Source: Octopus sinensis (lineage: Eukaryota). From it: DNA of 64,000 nt. The notes beneath the pieces are model-generated. The model was not told the origin of the DNA. It worked only from the letters and a program-made list of their open reading frames with translations, and did no database searches. The translations under genes and the position numbers were made by a program. Location: positions 10,664,001 to 10,728,000 of the forward strand of contig NC_043003.1 of NCBI RefSeq assembly GCF_006345805.1, in the 5' to 3' direction. Below are positions 1 through 13,829 of this stretch, piece after piece (position 1 is the first letter of the stretch; every line of letters starts with the position of its first letter).

Positions 1-40
1 CCGAACCGCTAAGTTATGGGTACGTAAACACACCACCATT

Positions 41-168
41 TTGTTTGTTGTTGACACAACGTTTCGGCTGATGTACTCTCCAGCCTTCATATGCGAGCAT
101 ATGCCTTAGTGGTTAAGAACACAGTCTACTAACCCTAAGATTCCAAGTTCGATTCCAGGCAGTGACCT
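41..168. mobile_element. Family E fragment: inverted 3' module (41-90) abutting the tRNA head (91-168)
   Basis: 41-90 is the reverse complement of atgaaggctggagagtacatcagccgaaacgttgtgtcaac. Head: gagcatatgccttagtggttaag...gttcgattccaggcagtgac. Confidence 0.75.
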
Positions 169-1349
169 CATCATCATCGTCCTCATCATCATCATTTAAC
201 ATCCGATTTCCATGCTGGTATGGGTTGGACGGTTTGACTGAGGACAGGTGAGCCTGAAGGCTGCACCAGGCTCAATCTGATCTGGCAAAGTTTCAACCCT
301 TTCTAACACCAGCCACTCCGAGAGTGTAGTGGGTACTTTTACATGCCACCAGCATGAGGGCCAGTCAGGCAGTTCTGGCAACAACCATGCTCAAAAGGTG
401 TTTTTTACATGCTATCTGCACAGGAGCCAGTCTTTCACATGCCACTGGCACATGTGCCGGTAAGGTGACGCTGGTAACGATCACGCTCGAATAGCGCTGT
501 TTACGTGCCACTGGCATGGGAGCCAGTCCATGGCCCTGGCAACGATCACACTCGGATGTGCTTTTAACATTCCACTGGCAGCAGAAGAAGAAGAAGAAGA
601 AGAGTGGTGGTGGTGGCGGCGGCAGTGGTGCGAGCTGGAATACCTGTAATCATAAGATCTACCCAGTCATGAAGCTACACCACCACCACAACAACAAAAA
701 CAATAACCAGCAAACCAACCACCCATATTCACATACACACACACACACACACACAGTATTCCATTATTATCATCATCATCATCAACAGCAGTAGCAACAA
801 CAATAGGTGAGAAACAGTAACGAGATTCTTTGTTTTGATATCATGTGTCAGACAAGCTCTTAATATAATATAATCCATCATTCATTTTCGTGGCGTGAGA
901 TCCAAGCTTCAAAGATCTGATCTAGATCACCTCACCTTAAACCTACACCAGGCTCAAATATCCTTCTCTGTATCAACTATCAGTACACTTACACCCATTG
1001 TCAATGAATCATTCATAACATCGTTGTTTACTAAATTAGTCAATGCCTGTCTATGGTACTTGACACCTATAAGTGTTGGATGGTGAGTATATATACATGC
1101 AGGTGTACTTGTGTAGTAAGAAATCTGCTTTGTAACCACATGTAGTGGTGGACTGGCCAGGTTGCCAGCTTGCCCAATGGCAAGTGGTAACGATCACATT
1201 TGAATGGTGCTTTTTATGTGCCACCGGCATGGAAGCCAGTCAGCTGCTCTGGGAGCAATCACGCTTGGATGGTGCTCTTAGCGCTTCACTGGCACAGGTG
1301 CCAGTCATCGAATTTGTGAATTTGCATATTTGATTTGATTTCAATATAT

Positions 1350-1384
<35 letters not shown>

Positions 1385-1669
1385 GAGTGTAGTGGGCGTA
1401 AAAAGCGCCCACTACACTCACTCATGGAGTGGTTGGCATTAGGAAGGGCATCCAGCTGTAGAAACACTGCCAGATCAGACTGGAGCCTGATGCAGCCTCC
1501 TGGCTTTCCAGACCCCAGTCAAACCATCCAACCCATGCTAGCACTGAAAACGGACGTTAAATGAAGATGATGATGATGATGATATATATATACATATATA
1601 TATACACATATATATATATACATATATATACATATATATACATATATATATATACATATATATATATAC

Positions 1670-1737
<68 letters not shown>

Positions 1738-1856
1738 TAGCATATTTTTTATAGTGTGCTTTCACTTCACTACCGAGTGCAGCTCTGTGTGCCTTGGGTA
1801 TGTGCTGTGATTTGTTGTGATGCTCTGATGGTTATTGTATGGAATGTGTTCTGCGT

Positions 1857-2040
1857 AGGATGTGTGCAGTGCCTAGTAGTGCAATTTTCTGTATGTTATA
1901 TGTGTTTGTAAGTCCTGATGTTTTTGTTATGTATTTGTCTGAATAAAAAATTATTCAGACAAATACATAACAAAAACACCAGGACTTACAAACACATATA
2001 ACATACAGAAAATTGCACTACTAGACACTGCACACATCCT
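1857..2040. repeat. Near-perfect fold-back hairpin
   Basis: 90-bp arms 1857-1946/1951-2040, 4-nt loop, 2 mismatches by eye. Confidence 0.92.
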
Positions 2041-4217
2041 TATTATTATTACTATTATTATTATTATTATTATTATTTATACAGAGATGAATATAGTGAG
2101 AATTCAAAGAGATGTGAAGGGGAAAGTGATGTAAAAAGGTTGGACAGTTAAGTAAGCAGAAGTAGGCAAACAAGCCAATACGTGGGAGAGAGAGAGAGAC
2201 AAACAAACAAACTTAAAACTGTTCAGAGAAAAGCTGCCCTTTTCTATAGCTTTAATTTTAATACAACAATAATAACATGAATGATTTCTAGAGATATACA
2301 TCGATAATTGGTTTCTACACAGTGTCTGTCTGTCCATTTGGTTTATATAAAACTTTAATATTATTCCTTTAGACAATAATGGCCATTTATCATGTATATT
2401 GTCATAATCTATTTCCCTCTGGTAAAAATATTTTATTTTACGTTTATGAAAATATCATAGAAACATTAAAAAAAAATAAAAAGATTTTACACTGGGAAAA
2501 AAAAAGTTAGAGCATTGAGAATTGCTGCTTTTTGAATTAGCACTAAATCATTCTTTAATTGGCTAAATTCCATCACCGCATCGAGAGAGAGAGGGTTTGG
2601 CAAAAAATGCGCCAGTCTGGATGTTTTGGCTGAAATGTTCCAGCTTTAAATGCGGTACCTTGTGGTTTTGAATCCGGTTCAGAATTATGAAAGCACTAAA
2701 AGCAAAGTATATGGCATTCATTTGTTTGTTAGTCATTTAATTAAATATCAGTAACTATACTAACTTCCATTTATTTCTAATTTATATTAATTCTCGGTAA
2801 CTAGTTTCCAACAAGCCACTTTGGTTCACCACTTAAACTTTTAAAGTCTTGACGTGCTTTCTCTATAAAAATCTCTTAATCTAGTAGTTAGCCATCATCA
2901 TCATCATTGTCATCATCATCATCATCATCATCATCGTTATCATCATCATCAATTAACTTCCATTTTTCCATGTTTGCATGGGTCAAAGTTTGTTAAGGCA
3001 GATTTTCTACAGCTGGATGCCCTTCCTGTTGCCAAACCTCACCTGTTTCCCAGTAGCCAGACAGGTATTTTTCATGGAAAACTGGAAATGAACAACCTCG
3101 CTCGTATAATGATGACGCTTGTTAATGACCCTCATGTGATGTCTACACAATGGTAAACACAAACACACACCAATACCCTCACATACCTACTGTAACCCAC
3201 ACCCCTGAGCTTCTCCTATATATATATATTTACATCAGGCTTCCATACAGTTTCTGCTGACCAAATTCACACTTAAAACATTGGATGGCCTGGGGCGATA
3301 GTTGAAGACATAGTCAAGGTGCCAAACAGTAGGACTGAACCCAAAGGCACACGGTTGCAAAACAAGGTTCTTAACCCCACAGCCGTCCTTGCACCTACTG
3401 AAGACAAAATATTTTATCCTTATTTAAACCTGAAACTTCAAATAATCTAAATTTTTTTACACAAATAAGCTGATGTTTCCAAATACATAATCTGAATTCA
3501 AATTCTTTTCTTTTAACAAAATAACATAAGGAGATAGATTTTGCTATCTGTGTACCCGAATTACATGCCTAAGCTCTTAATTCTTATTTGGACAGTACAG
3601 TGTATATAAAAGCAGCAGAAAATCATATGGTAATAGCAGATACGGGTCCGACAAGGACGGCGTTCCTTTTTATTAGCAAAATAAATACTATTGTTTTCTT
3701 TTCGAACTTAATGTAATATGGGCAAACATCATTGTTTTTGGTGTGTAGCATTAAATTGAGAAACATCACAAGTTTTGGTAGCAGTTTATTGACAATGGGC
3801 TGATCCGTTTGAATATCTTAGATACAAGAAGATAGTTTTTATTACATATGTACACAGTACATACATACATATGTACACATATATATATACACGTATATAC
3901 ATATATACACAGACATGCACATACATATGTACACACATATATATATACATATATATATATACATATATATATATACACATATATACATATATACAGACAT
4001 GTACATACATACATATATACATAGATATGTACACATATATTCACAGACACACACATACATGCATATATACATATACATACACATATACATACATATAAAT
4101 ATAGATATATATACATATATATATATATACACACATATATATATACACACACACATACACATATATACAAACACACATATATACACAGACATACACAGAT
4201 ATATACAGACACTCATG

Positions 4218-4253
<36 letters not shown>

Positions 4254-4281
4254 TACACATACAGATATGCACACACACAAA

Positions 4282-4336
<55 letters not shown>

Positions 4337-6367
4337 TATATATATATACATATATATATCATATATGTGTGTGTGTGTGTGTGTGTGTAAACACACTCAC
4401 ATGAACCATACTGCTAAGCCTTTAATACTTGCATAACAGATATTTTGACAGTATTGTACATATATATGACAGCAGTGTGTACATGTGTGTGTAATATACA
4501 TACATACGTACATACACACACATACATACATACATTGATACATACATACATACATACATACATATGCATGTGCAGACTATATAGAAGTAGCAATAACCAG
4601 ATTAATGAGAGCGATCATTCTTTTATATAAGCGAGATGAATACTAGCGCTGTAATTGTTTTAACACTGTCCTTTGTCTTATAACTTAATGTTGCATAGTT
4701 GGTGAACATCTGCACACATTACAGTCTATCGTTGTGTTAAATCCAAAGTACTTACACATCCTTTTCACAAATTGGAAGCATATCCTTTGTGTTCTATTGA
4801 TCTGTTTGTGTTTTCAGGAGATACGTGGGTTTCTTGTTGAAATGAAAAGTACTAAAGCATCCTTACATGTATTATGTAACTAAAGTTTTAGTATTTAGTA
4901 TGCAGTGCTTTTTTGAAAAATAAAAGACTATTTATTGTATTTCAAGGGTTATACTAGAACTTAGAATTGGTTTAAGCTAGTATGCAATTCATTATACTAT
5001 TTTAACAAGTTTAAAATTCCAGAAATGTATCGGTTTTATCTTTTACTTGCATCAGTCATTGGACTGTGGCCATGTTGGAGTATTATCATGAAGAGTTTTA
5101 GTCAAACAAATGATTCCTAGAATTTATGTATTTTTGTTTTTTGTCTTTTCATTTTTGGATTTGGTTTGCAAGATTCTTTATGTGAGTTTGTATGTTGATG
5201 CATATTCTGTTGTGTCTGGGAAGAATCATTTTCTTTTTGTGCCTTTTTGTGTCTTTTTTTTCTTCTTTGTTTTAAACCTGCCCACCACAACAGAATTGAG
5301 ATCCTAAAACCAAGGTGCCATGTAAAAAGCACTGGTGTGGGTACTGGTGCTACATGAAACATCAATGGTGATGATGCCACATAAAAAAGCACTGGTCATG
5401 GTGCCACATTAAAAAACCCCAGGTGGTGGTGCCACATAAAAGGCACCCAGTACATTCTGTGTTAAACCCACCACCACAACAGAACTGAGATCCTAAAACC
5501 AAGGTCTCACATGAAAAGAATTGGTGTGGGTGCTGGTGTCAAGGAAAAAGTGCTGGTGACATGAAAGATACTCTATGGAGCGGTTGGCATCAAAAAGGGC
5601 ATCCAGCCATAGAAACCAGACCAAAACAGACCAACTGGAACCTGGTTTGACCTCAGACTTTGCCAGTTCCTGCCAAGCTGTCCGACCCATGCCAGCATGG
5701 AAAACAGACATTAGATGTTGTTGATGGTGATGATGATGATAAGTTTGGTACTTATTCTATTCGTCTCTTTTTCCAAACTGCTAAATTATAGGGACATGAA
5801 CAAACCAACGCCGGTTGCTGAATCCGCTTTTCAGCACAAACAGCTCTTAAACCAGTGACACAATTGTGGCTGAAGCAACCAGAAGCCAACTGCACTTCAG
5901 GTTTGTCATACAAGTTTACCTTCTAGAATAAATTTCTGAAGAGAATCAAGAGTCTTTCACTCCCAGATGTCAATTATCATCATCATCATCATCGTTTAAC
6001 GTCCGTTTTCCGCGCTAGCACGGGTTGGACGGTTCGACCGGGGATCTGGGAAGTCAGAGGGCTGCACCAGGCTCCAGTCTGATCTGGCAGAGTTTCTACA
6101 GCTGGATGCCCTTCCTAACGCCAACCACTCCACGAGTGTAGTGGGTGCTTTTTACGTGCTACCTGCACAGGTGCCAGGGTGGGTCCGGCATCGGTCCATA
6201 TATAATTTAACTCATTGGGAGGGAGGCCCAAACAGGAGCTACTCCTCTGCATCAGAATAGACCTAGGGAACAATAATGGCTAAGAGGCAGTTCCACACAC
6301 CTCAAAATCCTGGATCTCTTGTAACTATATACCTATCTATCTATCTGCCTGTTTATCTATCTATCTA

Positions 6368-6423
<56 letters not shown>

Positions 6424-6739
6424 CCTATCTGTCTCTAAATGTCTATTTATCTACCTCTCTCTCTTTCTCTCTCTTTCTCTCTCTCTCCCTCTCTCTCTCT
6501 CTCCCCTCCTTCTCCATGCAATCGGATTGTCTTTTTTGACAGAATATGCCAAGATGGCAAACAGTAAATATACTAAAACAAACAAAGACACAAAAAAGAA
6601 AAAACAAAGAGCAAACACTTTTAATCAATAATGTATTCTTCGCCTGACTTGACATCTTTTAGCATTGCCAACGATATTGCTTCACCACTTCCATACAGAG
6701 AGATCACAGTCACATTGGTGTACCAACACAGCTAGTAGT

Positions 6740-7369
6740 TACTGGTGGTGATGGTGGTGGTGGTGGTGGTGGTGGCGGTGGCGGCGGCGCCGGTGGTGGT
6801 TTTGACGGTGATGGTGACAGTGCTGGTAGTGGTGACGGTGACAGTGGTGGTGGTGGTGGTTGTGGTGGTGGTGGTGGTGGAGTGCTGATGGTGGTGGTGA
6901 TGGTGGTGGTGATGGTGGTGGTGGTGGAGTGCTGATGGTGGTGGTGATGGTGGTGGAGTGCTGATGGTGGTGGTGATGGTGGTGGTGGTGCTGATGGTGA
7001 TGGTGGTGGTGATGGTGGTGGTGGTGGAGTGCTGATGGTGGTGGTGGTGGTGGTGGAGTGCTGATGGTGGTGGTGATGGTGGTGGTGATGGTGGTGCTGA
7101 TGGTGATGGTGGTGGTGATGGTGGTGGTGGTGGAGTGCTGATGGTGGTGGTGATGGTGGTGGTGATGGTGGTGGTGGTGGAGTGCTGATGGTGGTGGTGA
7201 TGGTGGTGGTGATGGTGGTGGTGGTGGAGTGCTGATGGTGGTGGTGATGGTGGTGGTGATGGTGGTGCTGATGGTGATGGTGGTGGTGATGGTGGTGGTG
7301 GTGGAGTGCTGATGGTGGTGGTGATGGTGGTGGTGGTGTTGATAGTGTTGCTGGTGCCAATGGTGTTGA

Positions 7370-7403
<34 letters not shown>

Positions 7404-7494
7404 GTTGCTGGTGCTGGTGATGATGGTAGTGGTAGTGGTGTTGATGGTGGTGGTGGTGTTGGTGATGGTGGTGGCAGTGGTGGCACTGCTGCTG
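6740..7494. repeat. Compound GGT/GAT microsatellite with higher-order unit, ending at the assembly gap
   Basis: Recurring ggagtgctgatggtggtggtgatgg blocks. Confidence 0.9.
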
Positions 7495-7594
7495 NNNNNN
7501 NNNNNNNNNNNNNNNNNNNNNNNNNNNNNNNNNNNNNNNNNNNNNNNNNNNNNNNNNNNNNNNNNNNNNNNNNNNNNNNNNNNNNNNNNNNNNN
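7495..7594. other. Assembly gap (100 N, true size unknown)
   Basis: Run of exactly 100 N between two simple repeats. Confidence 0.99.
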
Positions 7595-7644
<50 letters not shown>

Positions 7645-7659
7645 ATACATATTATATGC

Positions 7660-7713
<54 letters not shown>

Positions 7714-10019
7714 GACAGACCAAAGATCTACTTTACAGGGTGAATGGGGTGCATTTTATTGTTTCACCAGTACTAGGGAGATAAGTGGCCTGTGGCAGAA
7801 ATTAAGGGCTGTCTCTGTCCTTCAGTTGATCTCATTTGGTTTTACTGCCCTTAATTTTTTTATATTTGGACTTTTGTTCAACAGGTGCACATGAGGGCGT
7901 ATTTGCGTTTGTATGTAAAATGCAGTCACAGGTTAATGTTTGTATGTATGTGTATGTAGATATGTATGTGTATGTGTATCATCATCATCATCATGGTAGT
8001 AGTGGCAGTGGAGGTGGTGGTGGTGGTGGTGGTGGTGGCAATGGTGTGGCAGTAGCATTGATGATGGTGGTGGTGATGATAACAAAAGCAACAGCAACAA
8101 TGATAATGACAATGATGATGATGATGGTGGTAATGATGATGATGGTGGTGATGGTGGTGGTGGGGTGGTGACGATGGCGGCTGCAGCAGCTGTGGTGGTG
8201 GTGACGGTGATGATGATAATGATGATGACGGTGGTGATGGTGGTGGTGGTGATGACGGCGGTGGCAGTGGTACTGGTGGTTGTGGTGGTGGTGGTGATGG
8301 TGGTGGAGGTGGTGGTGGTGACGATGTTGATTATGGTGATGATGATGATGATGATGGTGATGAGGAGGATGATGATGATGAAAATGATGATGATGATGAT
8401 GATAATGCTAACTTAACTGTCATCCATAAATTCAATAACGAGAGAGAGAGAGAGAAGAGAGCAAACACAACAAAAACAAAAACACAAACGAAAAAAGAAA
8501 ACAAAGGCTGTTTGGGCAAACAATTTGTTGATGAGGGAGAAGACCATCAAGGAATACAGCAAAACTTTGCATAAACAAATGAGATAAAGATGCCTGTCCA
8601 GCATCAAGGGCCAATAAATATCAATAATGCCAAAGTCTTGCAGCACGCAATGAAATGGTCAGGTTGGAAGAAGAACAACACTCAACTATTAAGCATTCTA
8701 TTACGTGGGGGGGGTTGGGGAGGGTGACTGTGGGTGTGTGCGTGAGAGTGTGTGTGTAACTGTGTGCATGAGTGTGTGTATGTGCGTGAGTGTGTGTATG
8801 TGTGAGTGTGTGTGTGAATTCATGTGTGCATGTGTGTGAGTGCATGCTTGTATGTTTGTGTGAGCGTGTGTGTGTGTGCATGCACATGTGTATTTTGTGT
8901 GTGAGCATGCACGTGTGTGTATGTGTGTGAGTGTTTGTGTATGTGTGTGTGAGTGCATAAGTGTATGTGTGTGAGTGCATGTGTGTATGTGCATGAGCAT
9001 GTGTGTGCGAGTGTGTGTGTGTATATGTGCTTGTGTCTGTGTGCATGAGTGTGGACAAGTGTGTGTGAGTATGTGTGTGAGTGTGTCTGGGTATGCATGC
9101 ATATATATGTGAGTGCATCACTCCTACGTTTGTTGATCAGCATCAGTGTTTAACATTTGCAGAAATAAATTTCATTACACAAGAGTAGAGGGCCACAGAG
9201 AGGACTGATAGTGGGGCCAAAGGCTACAAAGGTGCCCTTCACAAGAGCTAGCCTGAATGCTGGCCAAAGGCTAGTCTTAAAGCTTCTCCCCAGATGCAGG
9301 CATAGCAGTGTGGTTGCAACCAAGTGGTTTCAGTTTCAACCCCACTGCATGGCACCATAGGATAGTGTCTTTTAATATAGCCCTGGGTAATCAATATCTG
9401 GTCAGTGAATTTGAGAGACAGAAACTGAAAGAGGCCCGTTGTACATATGTGTATATATAGCTGTATGTATGTGCATATATGCACACATACACGCATGCAT
9501 GTGTCAACAGCATGCAAGCAGAATTCCTCATTTCTAATCTTCTGTGAAAGCATATGAGACCATTGGGAAATATTACCATGAGTGGAAACAGGTGAGGGTT
9601 GGCAACAGGAAGAGCATCCAGCAGCACAAAACTCTGCCTCAAAAAAAATTTATTCAATTATAGGCGTAGGAATGGCTGTGTGGTAAGTAGCTTGCTTACG
9701 AACTACATGGTTCTGGGTTCAGTCCCACTGCGTGGCACCTTGGGCAAGTGTCTTCTACTATAGCCTCGGGCCGATCAAAGCCTTCTGAGTGGATTTGGTA
9801 GACGGAAACTGAAAGAAACCCATCATATATATTAATCAGCTGAAATTGCGAGGATGATCCGGTTCTTGACTGAAGAGAAAAGGCTTCAAATGACCTGTCC
9901 GTGTTTTTTTTTGTATCGTCTATGTGGATGTTTTGTTGTCCTCTTTTGCATCACCTAGTTGTCCGGATGTTTTGCGTTCTTGTCCCATTTTGTAAATATA
10001 TATATAGAGAGAGAGACTA

Positions 10020-10203
10020 TGGCACTACAACCAGCCAGGAACAGTCTTCGCTACATTTGCGGTACCTGCCAGAGGGAGTGTTTGTCCAGGATAGGACTAC
10101 ACAGCCACAGCAGGAAATGTATCAGGGCATGAAATATAAAAGCCGGACTAAACTACTTTATGCGCAACTCCATTGTCTCCCGAGACAGAAAGGATGCCAA
10201 CAA
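10020..10203 (+). mobile_element. 3' end of an RTE/BovB-type LINE (C-terminal zinc finger plus 3' UTR)
   Basis: Translates YICGTCQRECLSRIGLHSHSRKC, followed by ccattgtctcccgagacagaaaggatgcc and a (TA)n tract. Confidence 0.75.
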
Positions 10204-10205
10204 TA

Positions 10206-10257
<52 letters not shown>

Positions 10258-10677
10258 GTGTATGTGTATATATATATATATTATATGCATATGTATATAT
10301 ATGTGTGTTTTTGTGTCTGTGTTTGACCCCCTCCCCAACATCACTTGACAACCGATGCTGGTGTGATTACGTTCCCGTAACTTAGCAGTTCGGCAAAAAG
10401 AGTCCAATAGAATAAGTACTAGGCTTACAAAGAATAAGTCCTGGGGTCGATTTGCTCGACTAAAGGTGGTGCTCCAGCATGGCCGCAGTCAAATGACTGA
10501 AAGAAGTAAAAGTGTAAAAGAATAGAAGAGTAATCCATGCAAGCACAGGAAAATAGACATAAAAAACGATGATGATGATGATGATGATGACAAAGCAGTC
10601 AACATAAAAGAAGCCTTTATCAACATCTTTCAAAAAAAATAAAATGCAATATCACACAAGATTTAAAGGTGACTTAC

Positions 10678-10847
10678 CTTAAATAGTGCCCCATCGTCAC
10701 AGTGCCAGACAATTCCTTCGACAGCTCCATTTGGATCGGACTTCATCCAAGACAAGAAATTCTCTCGTTTCATTTCACTGGTATAACTAACTTTTATGGA
10801 ACCATGTACGACAAGTATATGAAATGGGAATTTCTTGCTCCCAAGAC
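10678..10847 (-). CDS. RLIG1: RLIG1 homologue, internal exon (EGIVW and LxK motifs)
   Basis: Acceptor ccttttatctttatag, donor AAG|gtaagt. Encodes (G)LGSKKFPFHILVVHGS...FLSWMKSDPNGAVEGIVWHCDDGALFK, cf. human LGSKKHPLHLLIPHGA...IEGIVWHCSDGCLIK. 170 nt, phase 1 to 0. Confidence 0.94.
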
Positions 10848-10878
10848 CTATAAAGATAAAAGGATACAGAAAATACAG

Positions 10879-10980
10879 TTCTGTATTTAAGAGATGAGGA
10901 ATTATGTACATTATTTACATTTGATGGATATTTTGGCTGATATACCCTCCAGCCTTCATCAGGTCTCTTGAGGAAATTTT
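10879..10980 (-). mobile_element. Family E 3' fragment with broken hammerhead, ~30 nt upstream of an RLIG1 3' splice site
   Basis: Minus strand reads gagacCTGATGAaggctggagggtatatcagccAAAA; GAAA is mutated and stem III and the 3' strand of stem I are deleted. Confidence 0.7.
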
Positions 10981-11558
10981 ACATACATATATGTATGTAT
11001 GTCATAATATATAGTGTACATTTAAACACATAAGGAATCCACTTGTGGAATTCAACATGTTAGAAAGAACAGCTAGGTTCTATAACCACAAAAATTAGGG
11101 ATAAAATTCAACAGGAATGAAATGAAAAAATAAAAACATTTTACCATCAAGTTTCTTGGACCAATTGGTTTCTGAATTTAGTTTAGCAAGCAAATAAATA
11201 ATATTTGTATGTATGTATATATACTTTATTTGTGGGTTAACAAGGCAACCAATTGTTTCATGTGAAAAGAACTTCGCAATTGTTCAAGCATGCCACATTG
11301 AAGTGTTGGTACTCATCTCCATTTTGGATGATTATAGTATGTAAGTATAATATATATGTGCATGCATATGAGTGTGTTCGTGTGTGTGTACATACATATT
11401 TTTTTTATTGATTGTCTGACGATATGCTTGCCCTTTAAACTGCACCTACCGATTGTGTCTGTAGTGTGACGTCATGCATTGCTGATTACTGAAACATATG
11501 TAACAATTGGAGTAAAGGAGTACCAAGTTACACCCATGTCCTTTCCACTTATTATTAT

Positions 11559-11601
<43 letters not shown>

Positions 11602-11644
11602 GGTGGTAGTGGTGGTGGTCGTGGTGGTCGTGGTGGTGGTCGTG

Positions 11645-11680
<36 letters not shown>

Positions 11681-11944
11681 CTGCTCTTTGTATTATGTCA
11701 GCCCACCTCGGATATGAACAACCTGTATGTACAAGCAACGGTGGGTGTTTAATGCGAATAACATTAGAGCTGAAACCACTGGTTTAATTGTCATTAATTG
11801 ATTTAATTGTCATTCATTGTTCAATTGTCATTAATGTGGTTTAATTGTCATTGATTTAATTATCATTAATTGTCATTAAACCAATGTGGTTTAATTGTTG
11901 AGAGCATCTAATCATATGTATCTGCATGTGTGTGTGTGAGTCTT

Positions 11945-12905
11945 TTCTACTATAGATATAAGGCCTGAAATCTGTGGGGAGGGGACTAGTAGATTACATC
12001 GACCCCCAGTGCTCAACTGGTACTTATTCAACTGACCCTGAAAGGATGAAAGGCAAAGTCGACCTCGACAGAATTTGAACTCAGAACAGAAAACCAGAAT
12101 GAATACCACCAAGTGTTTGTCCAGTGTGCTAACCATTCTACTGGCTCGACACCTTAATAATAATGATGATAATAATAATAATCCTTTCTACTAAAGACAC
12201 TAGGCCTGAAATTTTGGGTGGGGACTAGTCAATCGCATCAACCCCAGTTTTTCACTGGCACTTGAATTATCAACCCTGAAAGGGTGTCAACCAAGGCAAA
12301 GTCAACCTTGGTGGAATTTGAACTCAGAACATAATGAAGGACAAAATACCACAAAGCATTTTGCCTGGGGTGCTAACGATTCTGCCAGCTCACCACCTTA
12401 ATAATGATGATGATGATGATAATGATAATAAGGGACCTTTTGAGCAGGATGGGCTACTCGACCTGAAGAAAATTCTTACAGGGCTCCACCTGCAAGATCA
12501 TGCACTGTTTATCTTGATATGAGATCACCATGTTGCGCATTTATGGTTGCAATGCATGTGCCTGGTGCACCCTTTTTCAGATGGGTAGTCATGATGGGTG
12601 TACTGAGCTTCAGATATTTTACCCTAGTGTCACTTTGATGGCATGCACTGCTCTCTCATCCAATAATAAAAATAATAATAATAATAATAATCCTTTCTAC
12701 TATAGGCACAAGCACTGAAATTTTGAGGGAAGGGACTAGTCAGTTACATCGACTCTAGAGTTTCAATACTACTTAATTTATTGACCCCAAAAGAATGAAA
12801 AACAATGTCAACCTCTGCAGAATTTGAACTCTGAACATAAAGGCAGATGAAATGCCTCTAAGCATTTTGCCTGGCGTGCTAACAATTCTGCCATCTCACC
12901 ACCTT
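11945..12905 (-). mobile_element. Cluster of three family B SINEs plus a family D fragment
   Basis: Same units and (AAT)n spacers as the 49.7-51.2 kb cluster. Confidence 0.8.
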
Positions 12906-12916
12906 AAAAATGACAA

Positions 12917-13289
12917 TAACAAGAGTACTCAGAGAGCGCAAACCTCCACCAAGGCAACCCCAATGTCCTCTCAACGATTAGCCGGAAAGGAGTTTTTAAA
13001 ATGAGAATATCTGAAATAAACTCGACTGCTCTCACAAACGAGAATACTAAAAATGAACCTGACCGCTCTCAAAAATCAAGTAAAAAAAATAGGGAAAATA
13101 ATCCAGAATCCGTATCCGGTGCCGGATTGATCACAAAAATCTAATCAGTTTGTACCAGTCACTAGGTCAAGCATCCCTGAAAGTTTCCCCAAATCAATCC
13201 AGTGGTTCTTGAGATATTTTGTCCATGAACGAAGAAACAAACAAACACGACTGGAAACAATACCTCTGCCCTCACAAAGGTGGAGGTAA
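12917..13289 (+). mobile_element. Helentron/DINE-like non-autonomous element
   Basis: Subterminal acctccacc (12942-12950) is complementary to the 3' ggtggaggt. 3' hairpin tacctctgcc...ggtggaggta; internal gatcacaaaaatctaatcagtttgt motif; no ORF. Confidence 0.5.
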
Positions 13290-13396
13290 TAATAATAATA
13301 ATAATAACAATAATATTAATAATAATGATGATGATGATGAAATGCTACTAAGCACTTCGCCAGACATGCTAACGATTCTGCCAGTATTCTGCCTTC

Positions 13397-13440
<44 letters not shown>

Positions 13441-13591
13441 ATTTAAACATTTTCATTAACCTTGAAAGTTATATATATTTTTTTTTTATCTCTGTTCTTC
13501 AAGTGTACCAAATTCTTGTTTCAAAGCAGGAAATTGATGTATTTCTCTAACTATTACTAATAATTAAGATAATGAGAATGACAAAAATAAC

Positions 13592-13636
<45 letters not shown>

Positions 13637-13829
13637 TGTCATTGTCTTCTTCTTCATCACCGTCGAAATAAAAAAAATAACAAGAGAGAGATTACATTTT
13701 TACGTTTTTTTTTTCCAAAAAAAAATTAAGAAAACCAAAACAAATTTAAAAAACAAAAAAAAAGCCATTTTTGATACACATTTCAGATGAGATTAAATGA
13801 GATTAAATGCCTGCAGCAGAACATTACAA

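Noticed and set aside
993-1066. Minus-strand VKYHRQAL... as the RLIG1 last exon
   Set aside because: Wrong phase (1, where 0 is needed) and a weak acceptor.
3600-3675. TATATAAAAG followed by a GC-rich stretch and a T-run as a small Pol III gene
   Set aside because: No recognisable ncRNA family or PSE; such motifs are common in AT-rich DNA.
6620-6735. Minus-strand LCW...MLKDVKSGEEYIID* as the RLIG1 last exon
   Set aside because: Lacks HRHHL/WP, has no polypyrimidine acceptor and the similarity is anecdotal.
9860-9905. gaCTGAAGAgaaaaggcttcaaatg as another hammerhead
   Set aside because: No GAAA and no convincing stems; at most a decayed relic.
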